Below, one piece after another: positions 35,799-47,040 of a DNA stretch of 64,000 nucleotides (the first letter of the stretch is position 1; the number at the start of each line of letters is the position of its first letter). Below the pieces are notes generated by a model, which searched no databases, was not told the origin of the DNA, and worked only from the letters and a program-made list of their open reading frames with translations. Made by a program: the position numbers and the translations under genes. Source of the stretch: Rebecca billardiae RCC1528 (taxonomy: Eukaryota; Protista; Haptophyta). The DNA lies in assembly GCA_965240325.2 (NCBI GenBank), contig OZ251228.1, positions 2,914,001-2,978,000 on the forward strand, read 5' to 3'.

Positions 35799-38054
35799 CT
35801 ACGACCGCGCGGCGCGACGATGCTGCGGCGCGGCTGGCGGCGGCGGCGGCGGCGACGGCTGCGTGTGCGATGGCGGCGCCGCGCCGCCGGCCGCGTCCGC
35901 ACGAGCCGCCGACGGGCCCGCGGCCGCGTCCGCCGAGCCCGCGGCGGCGGCTCGGCCGCGCGCGCCCGCGTCGTGCGCGCCCGCGCCGGCCGCGCGCGCG
36001 GCGACGGCGCGGCGCACGTCAACGGGCAGCTTGGGCGCGCGCGGCGGGCCGGCGCGCCGCTCCGCCCAGCGCTCGAGCCTGCGCAGGAAGGCGACGAAGG
36101 GCGTGAGCGGCGTCTCCTCCGGCTGCGAGCCGGCCGGCCCCGCGTGCGGCCGCATCCCGAACGCGCGCTCGAGCTCCGCCATCGCCTCCGCCTCGGCCGC
36201 GCGCGCGGCGCGCACGTCCTCCAGCTGGCGCTCGGCCGCGCGCGAGAGCGGCGTCATCACCTCGAGGAAGCGGTCGCCCTCGACGGGCGCGCCGCGCCAC
36301 GGCGGCGGCTCGGCGCGCGCGCGGGCGAAGGCGCCGGCGGCGCCGAGCGCGCCGCGCCGCGGCGGGCTCGCCGCCGCGGCGGCGGCGGCGGCGGCGGCGA
36401 CGCCGCCGCGCGGCGCGGCGGCGACGGTCTGCGCGGCCCACGCGCGGCGGTGCGGCGAGCGCGCGCTCGGCGAGAGCGCGAGCTCGTCCTCCGCCTCGTC
36501 GCCCTCCGCCGCCGCCGCCTCGGCGGGCGCGCCGAGCGCGCGCGCGGCGGGCGGCGGGCGCGGCACCGGCTGCGCGGCGAGCTCGCGCACCACGGCGGCG
36601 CGCGCGTGCTCGACGCCGTCGGCGAGCGCGGTGCAGTCGGCGCGCGAGCGCAGCTTGAGGCCGAGCACGGGCGCGCGCAGCGTGCGCAGCAGCGCGCCCA
36701 CCAGCGGCGCGTGCTCGTCCGCGAGGAACGAGAGCAGCTCGGTCGAGGCGGCGGTGCGCGCGAGCGCGGCGCCGCCGCCCGCCGCGGCCGCGCGCGCCGC
36801 GTCGGACGCCGTGCGCACCGTGCCGCCGTCGGTCGAGCGGAAGTCCGCGAGCGCGGGCAGCAGCCGCACGTCAAAGCCGCGCGCGTCGCCGCGCGCCGTG
36901 CCGCGGTTGAGCTCGTTGCCCGCCGCGCGCACGACGCGGAGGAAGGCGCGGAGCGCGGCGCAGCCGACGAGCGCGCGCGCGGCGGCCGCGTGCGCGCGCA
37001 GCACCGCCTCCGCCTCCGCCGCCTCGTCTCCAAACCGCCGCGCCAGCAGCCACGCGCTGCAGCGCTCGCGCACGCGCGGCACGACGCTCAGCGCGGCCAC
37101 GAACGTCTCGAGCTCGCCCAGCGGCCGCGCGCCCGCGCGCTCGGCGGCCGGCGCGCCCGCGCCCTCCGCGCGGCCGCCGAAGCCGGCCGGGCGCGCGGCC
37201 GCCGCCGCCGAGCCGGGCGGCGGCGGCGGCCCGTCGCGCGCCGCGAGCAGCGCCGCCATGGCCGCCGCGTCCGGCAGGTGGTGCGCCAGCGCGTGCAGCA
37301 GCTCGTCTGGCAGCGCGCCCGCGTCCATGGCCAGGAGCGTGCGCACGAGCTCGGGCGCGCCCAGCCGCAGCTTGCGCAGCGCCACCTCGAGCGCGCGCGC
37401 CGCGTTGCTGGCGAGCACGGCGTGGCCTGCGCGCGCGGCGCGTGTGCGCGGCGCGCGTGTGCGCGCGCGCGCGCGTGAGCCGTGGCAGGCGCGCGGCGGG
37501 CATGCGCCGGGCGCGCGCGCCGCGGGCGTGTCGCGCGCGCCGCACCGCTGTCGCCGCCGCCGCCGGGTGCGGGCTTGTGCGCGTGCGTGTGCGCGCTGCG
37601 CGCCTGGAAGAGGTGCCGCAGCCGCGCGCGCACGCGCGGCGCGAGCAGGGCGGCGCGGGGCGCTGGCGCCGCCGAGGCGAGCTCGAGCTCCGCCGCGGCC
37701 GCGGCCTCGGCCTCGGCATCGGCGCGGGGCGGCTGCGCGGCGGCTGCCGCGTCGCCGCCGCCCTCCGCCGCCGCCGCCGCCGCCTCCGCCCTCGCGCGCT
37801 GCAGCTCCGCCGCCGCCTCCGCCTCCGCCTCCGCCTCGGGCTGCGCCCACAGGCTGCCTGTGAGCTCGTGCGCGCGCAGCTTGGTCCAGTGCAGCGGCTT
37901 GAGCGCGCGGCCTGCGGCGGCGCCCGCGCCCGCGGCGCCGCCGACGGCGCGGCAGCCGGGCGCGCCCGCGCCCGCGCCCGCGCCCGCCGCGTGCGCGCTG
38001 GGCGCTGCGCCAGAGTGCGGCTCCGTGTGCGAGCGCAGCACGGGCGGCGCGCCG

Positions 38055-38140
<86 letters not shown>

Positions 38141-41100
38141 GCGCGCTGCTGTCGGCAGCTCGGCCGAGGCGGGGGCGGGGGCGAGGGGCGCGGCGGCGCG
38201 CGGCGGCGAGGCGGCGCGCGGCAGCGCGGCGGCAGGCGGCGCGGCGGCAGGCGAGGCGGCGGCGGCAGGCGAGGCGGCGGGCGCCGCGCCGCTCGGCGCC
38301 GCCGCGGGCGCGGCTCTCGCCGCTGCCGCCGCCAGCGCGCCGACGGCGCCGCGGCCGCGGGCTGGCGAGCCGAGCGGCGCGGCGGCGGGTGCGCGCGCGC
38401 TGTGCAGCCGCACCGGCGCCGCGGCCGCGGGCGGCGGCCACACGCCCGCGGCGGCGCGCACGCGGCCGGGCGAGGTGGGCGGCGCGGCTTGCGCGGCCGC
38501 CGGGGCCGGGTGCGGCGCGGCGCCGGCCGCCGCGCCGGGCGCGGCCGCTCCGCCGTGCTGCGCCGCCAGCCGCCGCGCGTCCTCGAGCGCGCCCACGCGC
38601 GCCGCCGCGAGCGCGCGCGCCGCCGCGCCGCCGTCCGCCGCCGCCGCCGCCTCCGCCGCGCCCGGCGCGCCCGCCTCGTCGAGCAGCGCCTCGCGCGTGA
38701 ACAGGTCCCGCTGGAAGCGCACCAGCGCGTCGCGCGCGCGGCCGAGCTCGCGCTTGCGCTCGATGCGCGCGACGTTGAACGCGGCGGCGCTGCGGCGCGC
38801 GCACAGCGGCGGGGGCGGGGCGGGCGTGGCGCGCGTCAGCCGCGTGGGCGCGCGCGGTGCGCTTAGCGTGCTGTGTCTCGTGCTGTGTCTCGCGCGCCGC
38901 ACCTGTCGTCCAGCTGCTGCCGCATGCGCGCCAGCACGCCCTCGTACTTGAGCAGCTTGGCGTGCTCGCCCAGCAGCCGCATCACGTACTGGCGCAGGTC
39001 CTGCCCGCCGTTGAGCAGCAGCTGCTCGGGCGAGGGCGGCGGGAAGTCGGAGGCGCCCCTGCTGCCGCCGGGCGTCGAGGCGGCGGAGGAGGGCGACGCC
39101 CACGGCGGCGAGCGGGGGCACGCGGAGGCGCGCCGCGCGCTGCCGCGCGAGGAGGCGGCGGAGGCGGCCGAGCTGGGCGGCGAGAGCACGCACGCCGTCG
39201 AGCGGCGGCGCGAGCCCGCGCACACATCCGCCGCGGACGAGGGCGCGGCCGCGTGCGGCGCGCGCGCGAGCGGGCTGCCCGGCATCGCGCCGCGGCCCGC
39301 GCGCGCGCCGCCCGCCACGGCGGGCTCGCTGCCGCGCCGCGCGCCGCGCGCCGCCGCGCCGCCCGCCGGCCTGTGCTGCGGCTGCGGCTGCCGCGCGCCC
39401 ACCGCCGCCATCGCCGCCATCGTCACGGTGGTCATCGTACTCGCGTCGCGCGTGCGCGCCGCGCCGCCGCCGCCGGCCGAGCCGAGCTCGGCGGAGGGCG
39501 CGGGCGCGGGCGGCGTCGGCGCCTCGGCCGCGGCGCGCGCCGCCGCCGCGGCCGCCGCCCCCTCGTCCGCGCGGCCGGCCAGCTCGGCCGGCAGCTCGGG
39601 CGCGCGGATGGCGAGAGCGGCCGCGGCCGCGTGCAGCGGCGCGCGCGCGGGCCGCGCGGCCGCCGCCTCCGCCTGCGCCGCGCCAAGCTCGAGCGCGCGC
39701 GCCGCGCCCGCGCCGCCGCCCAGTCCGGGCGGCAGCGGCTCCGGCTCGTCGGCCGGGAGCGGCGGCGGCGCGGCCGTCGGCGCGGGCGGGCGCGGCGCCG
39801 GCCGCGCGCGGCGCGCGGCGGCGCGCGCCGCGGCGGCCGCGGCCGACGGCGTCGGCGGCGCGGGCGGCGCGCGCGCGCGCGGCCCCGGCGCAGGCGCAGG
39901 CGCCGTCTGCGGCCGCGCGGCCGCGTCGGGCAGCGGCGCGTGCAGCGGCGGCACCGAGTCGGGCCGCAGGCTGAACACCGCGTCTGCGGGCAGCGAGCGG
40001 GGCGCGTCGCCTCGCGGCTCGAAGCGCCAGCCGTGCGCACCGCTCAGCGCGAGCTCGCGCCGGAAGCGGCCGCGCGCCACGCCCGCCGCGCCGCCGCCGC
40101 CGCCGCCGCCGCTCGCGCCCGCGCTGCTGCCCAGCGCGCTCCCGCAGCCGCTGCCGGGCGTGCCGGGCTCGGCGCCGTCCGCGTGCGCACCGCCGCCTTG
40201 CGCGAGGTTGGGCGCGTGCCGCGCCGCGCGCCCGCCCTCGAGCCGCTCCGAGGTCGCCGCCTCCTGCGAGGCGCGGGGGCGGCGGCGCGGTGGGCGCGCG
40301 CGCGCCACGCGGTGCGCGGTGCGCGGTGCGCGGTGCGCGGTGCGCGCGCTCGCACCTTGACGGCGCCGGAGACGAGGACGAGCCCGTCCACCGCCGGGTG
40401 CAGCGCGCCGCTGAGCAGCCCGCACGCCTTGGCGCGCTCGGCGCCCGCCTCGCACAGCGCCCACGCGTCCTCCTCGCCGCCGCCCAGCAGCGCCGCCAGC
40501 TCGCGCGCGCCGCAGCCCGCGCGCAGCACCGCGCCCGCGCCGCTCGCCACGCCGAGCGCGTTGGGCAGCCCGATCTGCTGCAGCGAGGCGTGCAGGTGCG
40601 CGGCGGTGCGCACGGCGCGCGCGGCGCGGCGCGGGCCGCAGAACGCCGCGACGACGTACAGCGGCTCGCCCGGCGCCCTCGGCAGCCTCGTGCTCGCCAG
40701 CACCCCCCGCGCGCCCCTCGCCCGCAGCGCCGCCTGCGCGTGCGCCACCGCCTGCTGCTCGGGCGCGACCAACAGCTGCCCGCGCAGCATCAGGGGCCCG
40801 TCGTCCGCCTCGCGCGCGCGCCACGTCCACCAGGAGGACGAGCGGCCTGGGGCGCGGCGCGGGCGGGCGCGACGGCGCGCGGAGGGCGCCGCGCGGCTCA
40901 GCTCGGCGCGCAGCGCAGCGCGTCGGAGCGGGGGCGCCGCGTCGGGCGCGCGGCGGTGCGGCGGCGGCGGCGGTGCGGCGGCGGCGGCGGTGCAGCGTGG
41001 CGGCTGGGCGCGCGCGCACCGAGCACGTCTCGCTGCGAGCAGGGCCACGCGCAGAGCACGAGCGTGGCGACGTGCTCGGCGGGCTCCGCCGCGCCCAGCC

Positions 41101-41348
41101 GCGCGCCCGGCGCGAAGAGCGCCATCAGCTCCGCCGGCGCCTCCGCCCAGCGCGCCAGCCGCTCGTGCTGCGGCCGGTGCCGCGCCCACGGCGGCGCGGC
41201 CGCGGCGGCGCTCGCGCGGCGCGCGGCCGCGAGCTCGGCGGCGATGCGGCGCACGTCGGACCAGCCGCGCGCGCCCGGCTCGCCGCGCGCGCCGGCCGCG
41301 AGCGACGGGAAGAAGCGCGCCGCCGCCGCGCGCCCCGCCGCGCCACCC

Positions 41349-41405
<57 letters not shown>

Positions 41406-42178
41406 GGCGGCGGCGGCGGCGGCGGGTGCGGCGGCTTGAGCGGCGCCGCGTACGGCCGCGGCGGCGGCTCGCCGACGGCCGCGTGCGCGGCGGCGAGCGC
41501 CTCGCCGCCGAGCGCGATCTCGTACCCGCACGCGCTCGAGCCGCCGAGCCAGCCCAGCTCCACGCAGCCCACCGCCGTCGCGCTCGCCGCGTGGCCATCG
41601 CTCAGCCTGTGCACGTGTGCGCGCAGCGCGCCCGCGAGCGCGTCGGACGTCTCGGCGGGCGCGAGGGCGGCGGCGTCGCCGCGGCGCTCCCACGCGCAGG
41701 CGAGGTCGAGCGCGTACGCCCGCCGCCGCGCCGCGCCGCCCGCGCGCCCGCCCTCCACCGGCTGGCGCGCGCACAGCACGTCGGCGCCCGCCGCCAGCGC
41801 CGCCTCGGTGACGGCGCCGACCAGCGCGCGCACGGCCGGGAGGTGGGCGAGCGGCTCGGCGCCGAGGGCGAGGCGGATGACGAGGACGAGGCACTCCACG
41901 CTCGCCGTGCTCGGACCGACGTCGCGCAGCGTCGCCCACTCCAGCTGCGGCCCCGCCTGCCGCGTGAGCGCGTGCCGCAGCACGAGGTCGGGCGCGTGCG
42001 CCGCGCTGCACTCGTCCGGGGCGGCGTCGGCGGCGGTTGCGCCCGCGCCGGTCAGGCGCTCGAGGTCGGCCAGCTCCTCCTCGTCCAGGCCCTCCGCGGC
42101 GGCCGCCGCGCGCCACCGCTCCGAGCCCGTCCTCGACACGTCGCCCGCCAGCTCCGAGCCCGGGGCCGGGTGCTCCAT
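35799..42178 (-). CDS. Formin (FH1+FH2) with an N-terminal tandem of degenerate class III nucleotide-cyclase-like (sAC/ADCY10-like) domains and a coiled coil; ~1960 aa, 5 exons
   Basis: Exons complement(41020..42178, 40356..40846, 38903..40263, 37546..38789, 35799..37426), joined by four GT-AG introns with matching phases; total 5883 nt = 1961 codons. FH1 = ~28 consecutive Pro. FH2 motifs: LKPLHWTKL, GSLW, LRHLF, GNELNRGTARGDARGF, LADFRSTDG. Formin call is high confidence; the cyclase-like call is moderate. Confidence 0.85.
38055..38138. repeat. (GGC)28 trinucleotide tract encoding the formin FH1 polyproline on the minus strand
   Basis: Direct reading; in frame within exon 4. Confidence 0.95.
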
Positions 42179-42335
42179 CCCGCCTGCCGCCCGCTGTGGC
42201 GGCTGCCGCTGGCTGGGTGGCCTGCCCGTCTTGAGCACGCGAGACCAGAGCCGGACTCGCTTTTGGCCAACGGAAAGCTGATCATCAAGATCAACAGCTG
42301 CTGGGGAGCTGGCGGAGGAAATAACGGCCGGTGCG

Positions 42336-43298
42336 ATGGCGACCGCGCCGCCCACGTTCAGCGGCGTCTTCGCCGACTTCGGCGAGTTCGCCGAGGACTT
42401 CCGCGACTTCTTCGTGCGCGCGACCGGCGTCGCGTGGCACGACGCGCTGCTCCCGCCGAACAGCCGGCTCGTACGTGGCGCGCTGCAGCACGCGCTCCGC
42501 GAGCCCACGCTGCTCACGGTCGAGAGCGCCGCGGCCGCGCGCGCGCCCGAGCTGCTGCCGCACGCCGAGGCCTGGCTGGACGACGCGGACGCGAACCTGT
42601 GGCAGGCGCTCGAGGCGATCTACGGCGCGCGCGGCTACTTCCTCCCGCCGCCGCGCGAGGCGTACGACCTGCACGTCGCGTGCGACCGCGGCACGCACAC
42701 GTTCTGCCCGCACTGCAAGGAGCGCTGCAGGCACGTGCTCGACGCAGCCGCGCGCCGCCGCTGGGGCTTCGTCTTCGCCGAGCTCGCGGTGAACCCGCGC
42801 TTCGTGAACTACCTGCCCGAGGAGCGCGAGCGGCCCGACGACTGGGAGCGGCAGCGCGCCAACTTCGCCCTCGTGCACTGGGCCGCCTTCCACGGGGACG
42901 CGGACGCGCTGCGCGGCCTCGCGGCCACCGCGCGCTTCCGGCCGACGCTCGAGGGCCGGCGCGGCCGGCTGGCGTCAGAGGTGGCGTACGAGGTGGCGCG
43001 CACGCAGCGCTCGCTCCGCCACGCCGACGCCGCGCGCGAGCTCGAGCGACTCGAGCTCGAGCTCGAGGCCGGCGGCGCGGCCGCCGGGCCGCCGGGCGGC
43101 TGGGTGGGCAGCACGGAGGCACGGGACGCGTTCGCGCCGCCCAAGCACGAAGCCCACCGGCCCGCGGCGGGCGCGCGGCCGCCGGCCGTGCCCCCCGCGG
43201 ACGACGGCTCGCGCCGGGTCGACCGGCGGCGCGAGGCGCCGTACCGATGGCCGGACCCGGTGAACGCGCACTGGCCAGGCGTGCACGCGCGCAGGTGA
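42336..43298 (+). CDS. Uncharacterised 320-aa protein with a Cys/His cluster (CDRGTHTFCPHC) followed by ankyrin-like repeats
   Basis: Intronless ORF with natural amino-acid composition and GC3 bias. VLDAAARRRWGFVFAEL...ALVHWAAFHGDADALRGL...GRLASEVA resembles ankyrin consensus (LHxAAxxG). Confidence 0.75.
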   Translation: MATAPPTFSGVFADFGEFAEDFRDFFVRATGVAWHDALLPPNSRLVRGALQHALREPTLLTVESAAAARAPELLPHAEAWLDDADANLWQALEAIYGARGYFLPPPREAYDLHVACDRGTHTFCPHCKERCRHVLDAAARRRWGFVFAELAVNPRFVNYLPEERERPDDWERQRANFALVHWAAFHGDADALRGLAATARFRPTLEGRRGRLASEVAYEVARTQRSLRHADAARELERLELELEAGGAAAGPPGGWVGSTEARDAFAPPKHEAHRPAAGARPPAVPPADDGSRRVDRRREAPYRWPDPVNAHWPGVHARR

Positions 43299-43348
43299 AT
43301 GATATTGATGACATTGATGACAGCAAGATGCTTGATGCTGAGCGACGA

Positions 43349-43350
<2 letters not shown>

Positions 43351-43392
<42 letters not shown>
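43351..43392. repeat. (AT)21 microsatellite in the convergent 3' intergenic region
   Basis: Direct reading. Confidence 0.97.
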
Positions 43393-43394
<2 letters not shown>

Positions 43395-43862
43395 CGACGG
43401 CGAATTCAGATGATGACGACGTACGCCAGCACTGTCAGTGAGTGTCAGTCATGGAGTCCGGCGCGGTCCGCGGCGGTCACCACCAGTGCAACGCTGTAGT
43501 CCTCGTGCCGCGCTGGTGTTGACGATGAAGTAGACAGTCTTAGTCACGCGCAGCGCCGGCGCCGCGGCGTCGCCATCAGTCAGCTTGACTGGCAGCTGGC
43601 GCGCGCAGCCGGCGCCGGCGGCACGGCGGCAGTGTTCCAAGCCGGCAGCCGCACACTATAGTTCGCATCGCAACCGCGTTTCGCCCGCCCATGGTGTCAT
43701 CATCATATCGCAGGGCTTTGCCGTCAAGACGACAATCTGTGTCCGAAGTCACCGTTGAAGTGCCACGCCCAAGGCCAAGACCGCCGCCGCCGCTCACGCG
43801 CTGAACTCCACGATACCGACGATACGCTCATCTCTGCGGAAGGCCGCCCCGTCAGCGCGCCC

Positions 43863-44747
43863 TCAGCCCGTGGAGTGGCTCGCATTCACCGGCACGACGT
43901 CGATCTCGCGCGCAGCGGGCGGCGTGCGCACCTCGATCGTGAGGTTTGGCCGCGACGGCCGCCTGGAGGACGCGCCGCCCTCGTCGGCCGCTGCGGCGTT
44001 GGCCGGCTGGCGCTCGCCGCTGCCGCGGCCAAAGCCGGGCCACACGAAGCGCTTGGCGGGCGCGGCGGCGGCGGCGGCGGAGGGCTCGTGACTGGTTGCG
44101 ATCGGCTGCTTCGGCGACGCTGCGCGCGCCGGCATCCGCCCCTTGCCGAAGATGCAGCACACGCACACGAGGATGGCGCCGAGCGCGGCGCCCACGTACG
44201 CAAAGTACGCCTCGGTGGTGGTGAGCGACTTGAAGCGGTCGCCGAGGGCGCCGTCGTCCGAGTCGTCGTCGTCGGCGGGGTTGGGCGTGACCATCACGTA
44301 CGCGCGCGCGCCGCTCACGTCGCCGCGGCTCAGCGCCTCCCACCGCCCTCCGGGCTCGTCCCTAAGCGTCGCCTGCGCGAGCAGCCGCGCCGAGTAGAGC
44401 ACTCCGCGGTCGTCGTACAGCTCGACGACGATGTCGCCCGCGTCATCGCGCTTGGAGCCTGCGGCGCTCTGCGTGGTCATGCACCCCGCCCGGTCCCAGT
44501 TCGGGTTGAGCGTCTCGGCCGCCTCGGGCGTCTCGTGCGAGCGCGTGTTGTACGTGAGCTTGGCGTACGGCGAGGGCAGGTCGCCGTTTGAGCGCCGCGC
44601 CGCGCTGGGCAGCTCGGCGAGGAGGACGCACACCTCGACGTAGCCGGACGGCACCGTGCCTGCGTAGCCCTCGACGGTGGAGGACGCCGCCACCACCGCA
44701 AGTGGCGCGCCCAGCGCGAGGAGGAGACGCCGCGTCGTCGCCACCAT
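43863..44747 (-). CDS. Type I membrane protein: signal peptide, C2 domain, single TM helix, cytosolic tail; 294 aa
   Basis: MVATTRRLLLALGAPLAVVAAS signal-like N-terminus. C2 motifs PSPYAKL, ETLNPNWD, IVVELYDD. TM helix YFAYVGAALGAILVCVCCIF followed by GKGR. Confidence 0.8.
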   Translation of the reverse strand: MVATTRRLLLALGAPLAVVAASSTVEGYAGTVPSGYVEVCVLLAELPSAARRSNGDLPSPYAKLTYNTRSHETPEAAETLNPNWDRAGCMTTQSAAGSKRDDAGDIVVELYDDRGVLYSARLLAQATLRDEPGGRWEALSRGDVSGARAYVMVTPNPADDDDSDDGALGDRFKSLTTTEAYFAYVGAALGAILVCVCCIFGKGRMPARAASPKQPIATSHEPSAAAAAAPAKRFVWPGFGRGSGERQPANAAAADEGGASSRRPSRPNLTIEVRTPPAAREIDVVPVNASHSTG

Positions 44748-45027
44748 GATGAGCCGGGAAGTGCCGGGCCGCGCCGCCGACAACTTGACGCCGCCCGGTT
44801 TCCGCACTGGAGCAGTTTGCCGCGCGCGCGCCCGTTGACAATGCGCGGCAAAAATCAAACTGATGAGGAGAGCTGGAATATCCCGCGGGCGCACGCGCGG
44901 CGGTGGCGGGAGATTATTCGAAGAACGAAAATAGACGACGGCCCGGCATTTCGTCACCCGAAAGAACGCCCGGACTCCGCCTGGCTGGTTCGAGAGCAAT
45001 CGCGTCGTGCGGCGCGGCTTCATCGCC

Positions 45028-47040
45028 ATGATGATGTCGACGCGGACGGTCGCGGCGAGGGCCCTGCTCGCGGCTTGCGCCGCGGCGGCGCTCGTGGCAC
45101 CCGCGGCCGGGCTCACTGCGCCGCGTGTGGGCAGCTCCGCACCCGCCGTCCGCGCACGCGCCGCTCTCCGCTCGCGCGCCGCGCCCTCGGCGATGCTCGA
45201 CCCGGCAGCGGGCGTGGCCGCGGCGCACGACGTCGCCTCGGCTGCGTTCGTCGCGCCCGGCGCGCTGGACGCGCACATCGGCGCGGTGTCCACGCTGATT
45301 GCCGACGCTGTCGACGCTGCTGCCGACGCGGGCGCCGCGGGTGCGCGCGCGCGCGCGCCGCGCCGCGCCGGTCGCGCCGCGCCGCGATCGGGCTCGGGCT
45401 CCGCGCGCCGCGGCCGACGCGCCGTCCAACCGCGAGCGGCCCCGCGCGCCCCCGGCGCGCGCGCTCGGCGCGTGCGCGTTCAGCCGCCACGGCCGTGGCG
45501 GACGACTTTGGCGGCGGCCCGATCGGCCTGGGCGCGCGCGGCGTCGCGTGGTCCATCACGTCTCTGCACGGCGTGCTGCAGGGCGCGGGCGTGCCCGGGC
45601 CTTACGGCGTGTCGATCGTGCTGTTCACGCTGGCGATCAAGGCGGCGCTCTTCCCGCTGAACTACGCGCAGATCAAGTCGACGACGCAGATGCAGGCGAT
45701 CCAGCCCAAGGTCGCCGCGATCCGTGCCAAGTACGGCGACCCGCCCTCTGACCCGAACGCGCTCAACCAGGAGATCGCGGCGCTGTACCAGGAGGAGGAG
45801 CTCAACCCGCTGGCGGGCTGCCTGCCCTCGCTCGCGCAGATCCCGGTGTTCATCTCGCTCTACCGCGCGCTCATCGCGCTGGCGAAGGAGGACGCGCTCG
45901 AGGAGCCCTTCCTCTGGCTGCCCTCGCTCGAGGGCCCTGTGAAGGAGCAGGGCATGGGGCTGTCGTGGCTGACCGAGGGCCAGTACGGGCTGGAGGGCAC
46001 GGTGGCGTACCTCGTGCTGCCCGTGCTGCTCGTCGTCGCGCAGTTCGTCTCCTTCCAGATACTCACGCCGCCGTCCGACGACCCGAACACGAAGCGCACG
46101 CAGGCGCGCGCGCGCGCGCGCAAGCCGCGCTGCGCCGCGCGGACCCCCGCGTGCGCGGCGCGCCCCGGCCCTGACCGCGCGCGAGTGTGCTCGTGTCGAC
46201 CACCGGCCCTGACCGCGCGCGCGCGCGCGCGCTGCCCCGCCGCGCGCGCGCGCCGTGTCCGCGCGCAGGACGTCCTCAAGTTCCTCCCGCTGCTGATCGG
46301 CTTCTTCTCGCTGTCGACGCCGTCGGGCCTGTCGCTGTACTGGCTGCTCAACAGCGTGATCACCACCTCGCTCACGCTGCTGATCAGGCAGCAGATCGGG
46401 TACACGCCGCCGCAGCCCGCAGCGGCCGCGCCGAGCGCGCCCGCCGGCTCCGCGCCCCCGGCCGAGGCGCCCAAGGGCTTCGGCGCGTACAAGAGCGGCA
46501 CGGCGACGGACCTGGAGTCGTGGCCCTCCTCGCGCGCGGCCGCGCCGCCCCCGCCGCCGCCGCCGCCCTCGCCGCCCAAGCCCTCCGCCGTGGTCACCAC
46601 CACCCCCTCCGAGTCCGTGACAGTCAAGATCATCACGCCGGAGGAGAAGGCGCAGGCGCAGGCGCAGGCGCAGGCGCAGCCGGAGCCGCCCGCCGCGGCG
46701 CAGGCGGCGCCGGTGGCGGAGAAGGCGGGCGAGGCGCAGCACGCGGCGGAGCAGCCGCCGCCGCCCAGCGCGAGCGCGGAGGAGGACAGCGAGCAGAGCC
46801 GCAGCGCCGCCAAGAAGCGGGCAAAGGTGCGCGCCCATGCGCCCGTGCGCACCTGTGCCATTGCCTGTGCGCGCCTCTGCACGCGCGCCATGCGCACAAG
46901 CGCCGCGCGCGGCGCCGCGCCGCGCGCCTCGGCGGCCGCGAGCTGCGCTCACGCGCATGCGCGCGTGCCGTACCCCGCCCTGCGCGCGCGCCGCGCAGGC
47001 CTCCGCCAAGCGGCGCGGCAAGGGCGGCAAGAAGAAGTGA
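45028..47040 (+). CDS. ALB3: Plastid thylakoid membrane insertase ALB3 (YidC/Oxa1/Alb3 family), 510 aa, 4 exons
   Basis: join(45028..45340, 45484..46103, 46269..46826, 46999..47040) = 1533 nt. Motifs YGVSIVLFTLAIKAALFPL, MQAIQPK, NPLAGCLPSLAQIPVFISLYRAL, FLWLPSLEGP, KFLPLLIGFFSLSTPSGLSLYW. Signal+transit-like presequence; basic C-terminus. Intron 2 is GC-AG. Confidence 0.93.

Noticed and set aside
37427-37603. Alternative GC donor (CAG|GCGCG at 37603) for formin intron 4
   Set aside because: It is phase 0 while the acceptor needs phase 1. The GT donor at 37545 gives the correct frame.
44748-45293. N-terminal extensions given by the ORF track for the C2-TM gene (476 aa) and ALB3 (840 aa)
   Set aside because: They overlap the divergent neighbour's first exon or introns. 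The downstream ATGs give proper signal peptides.
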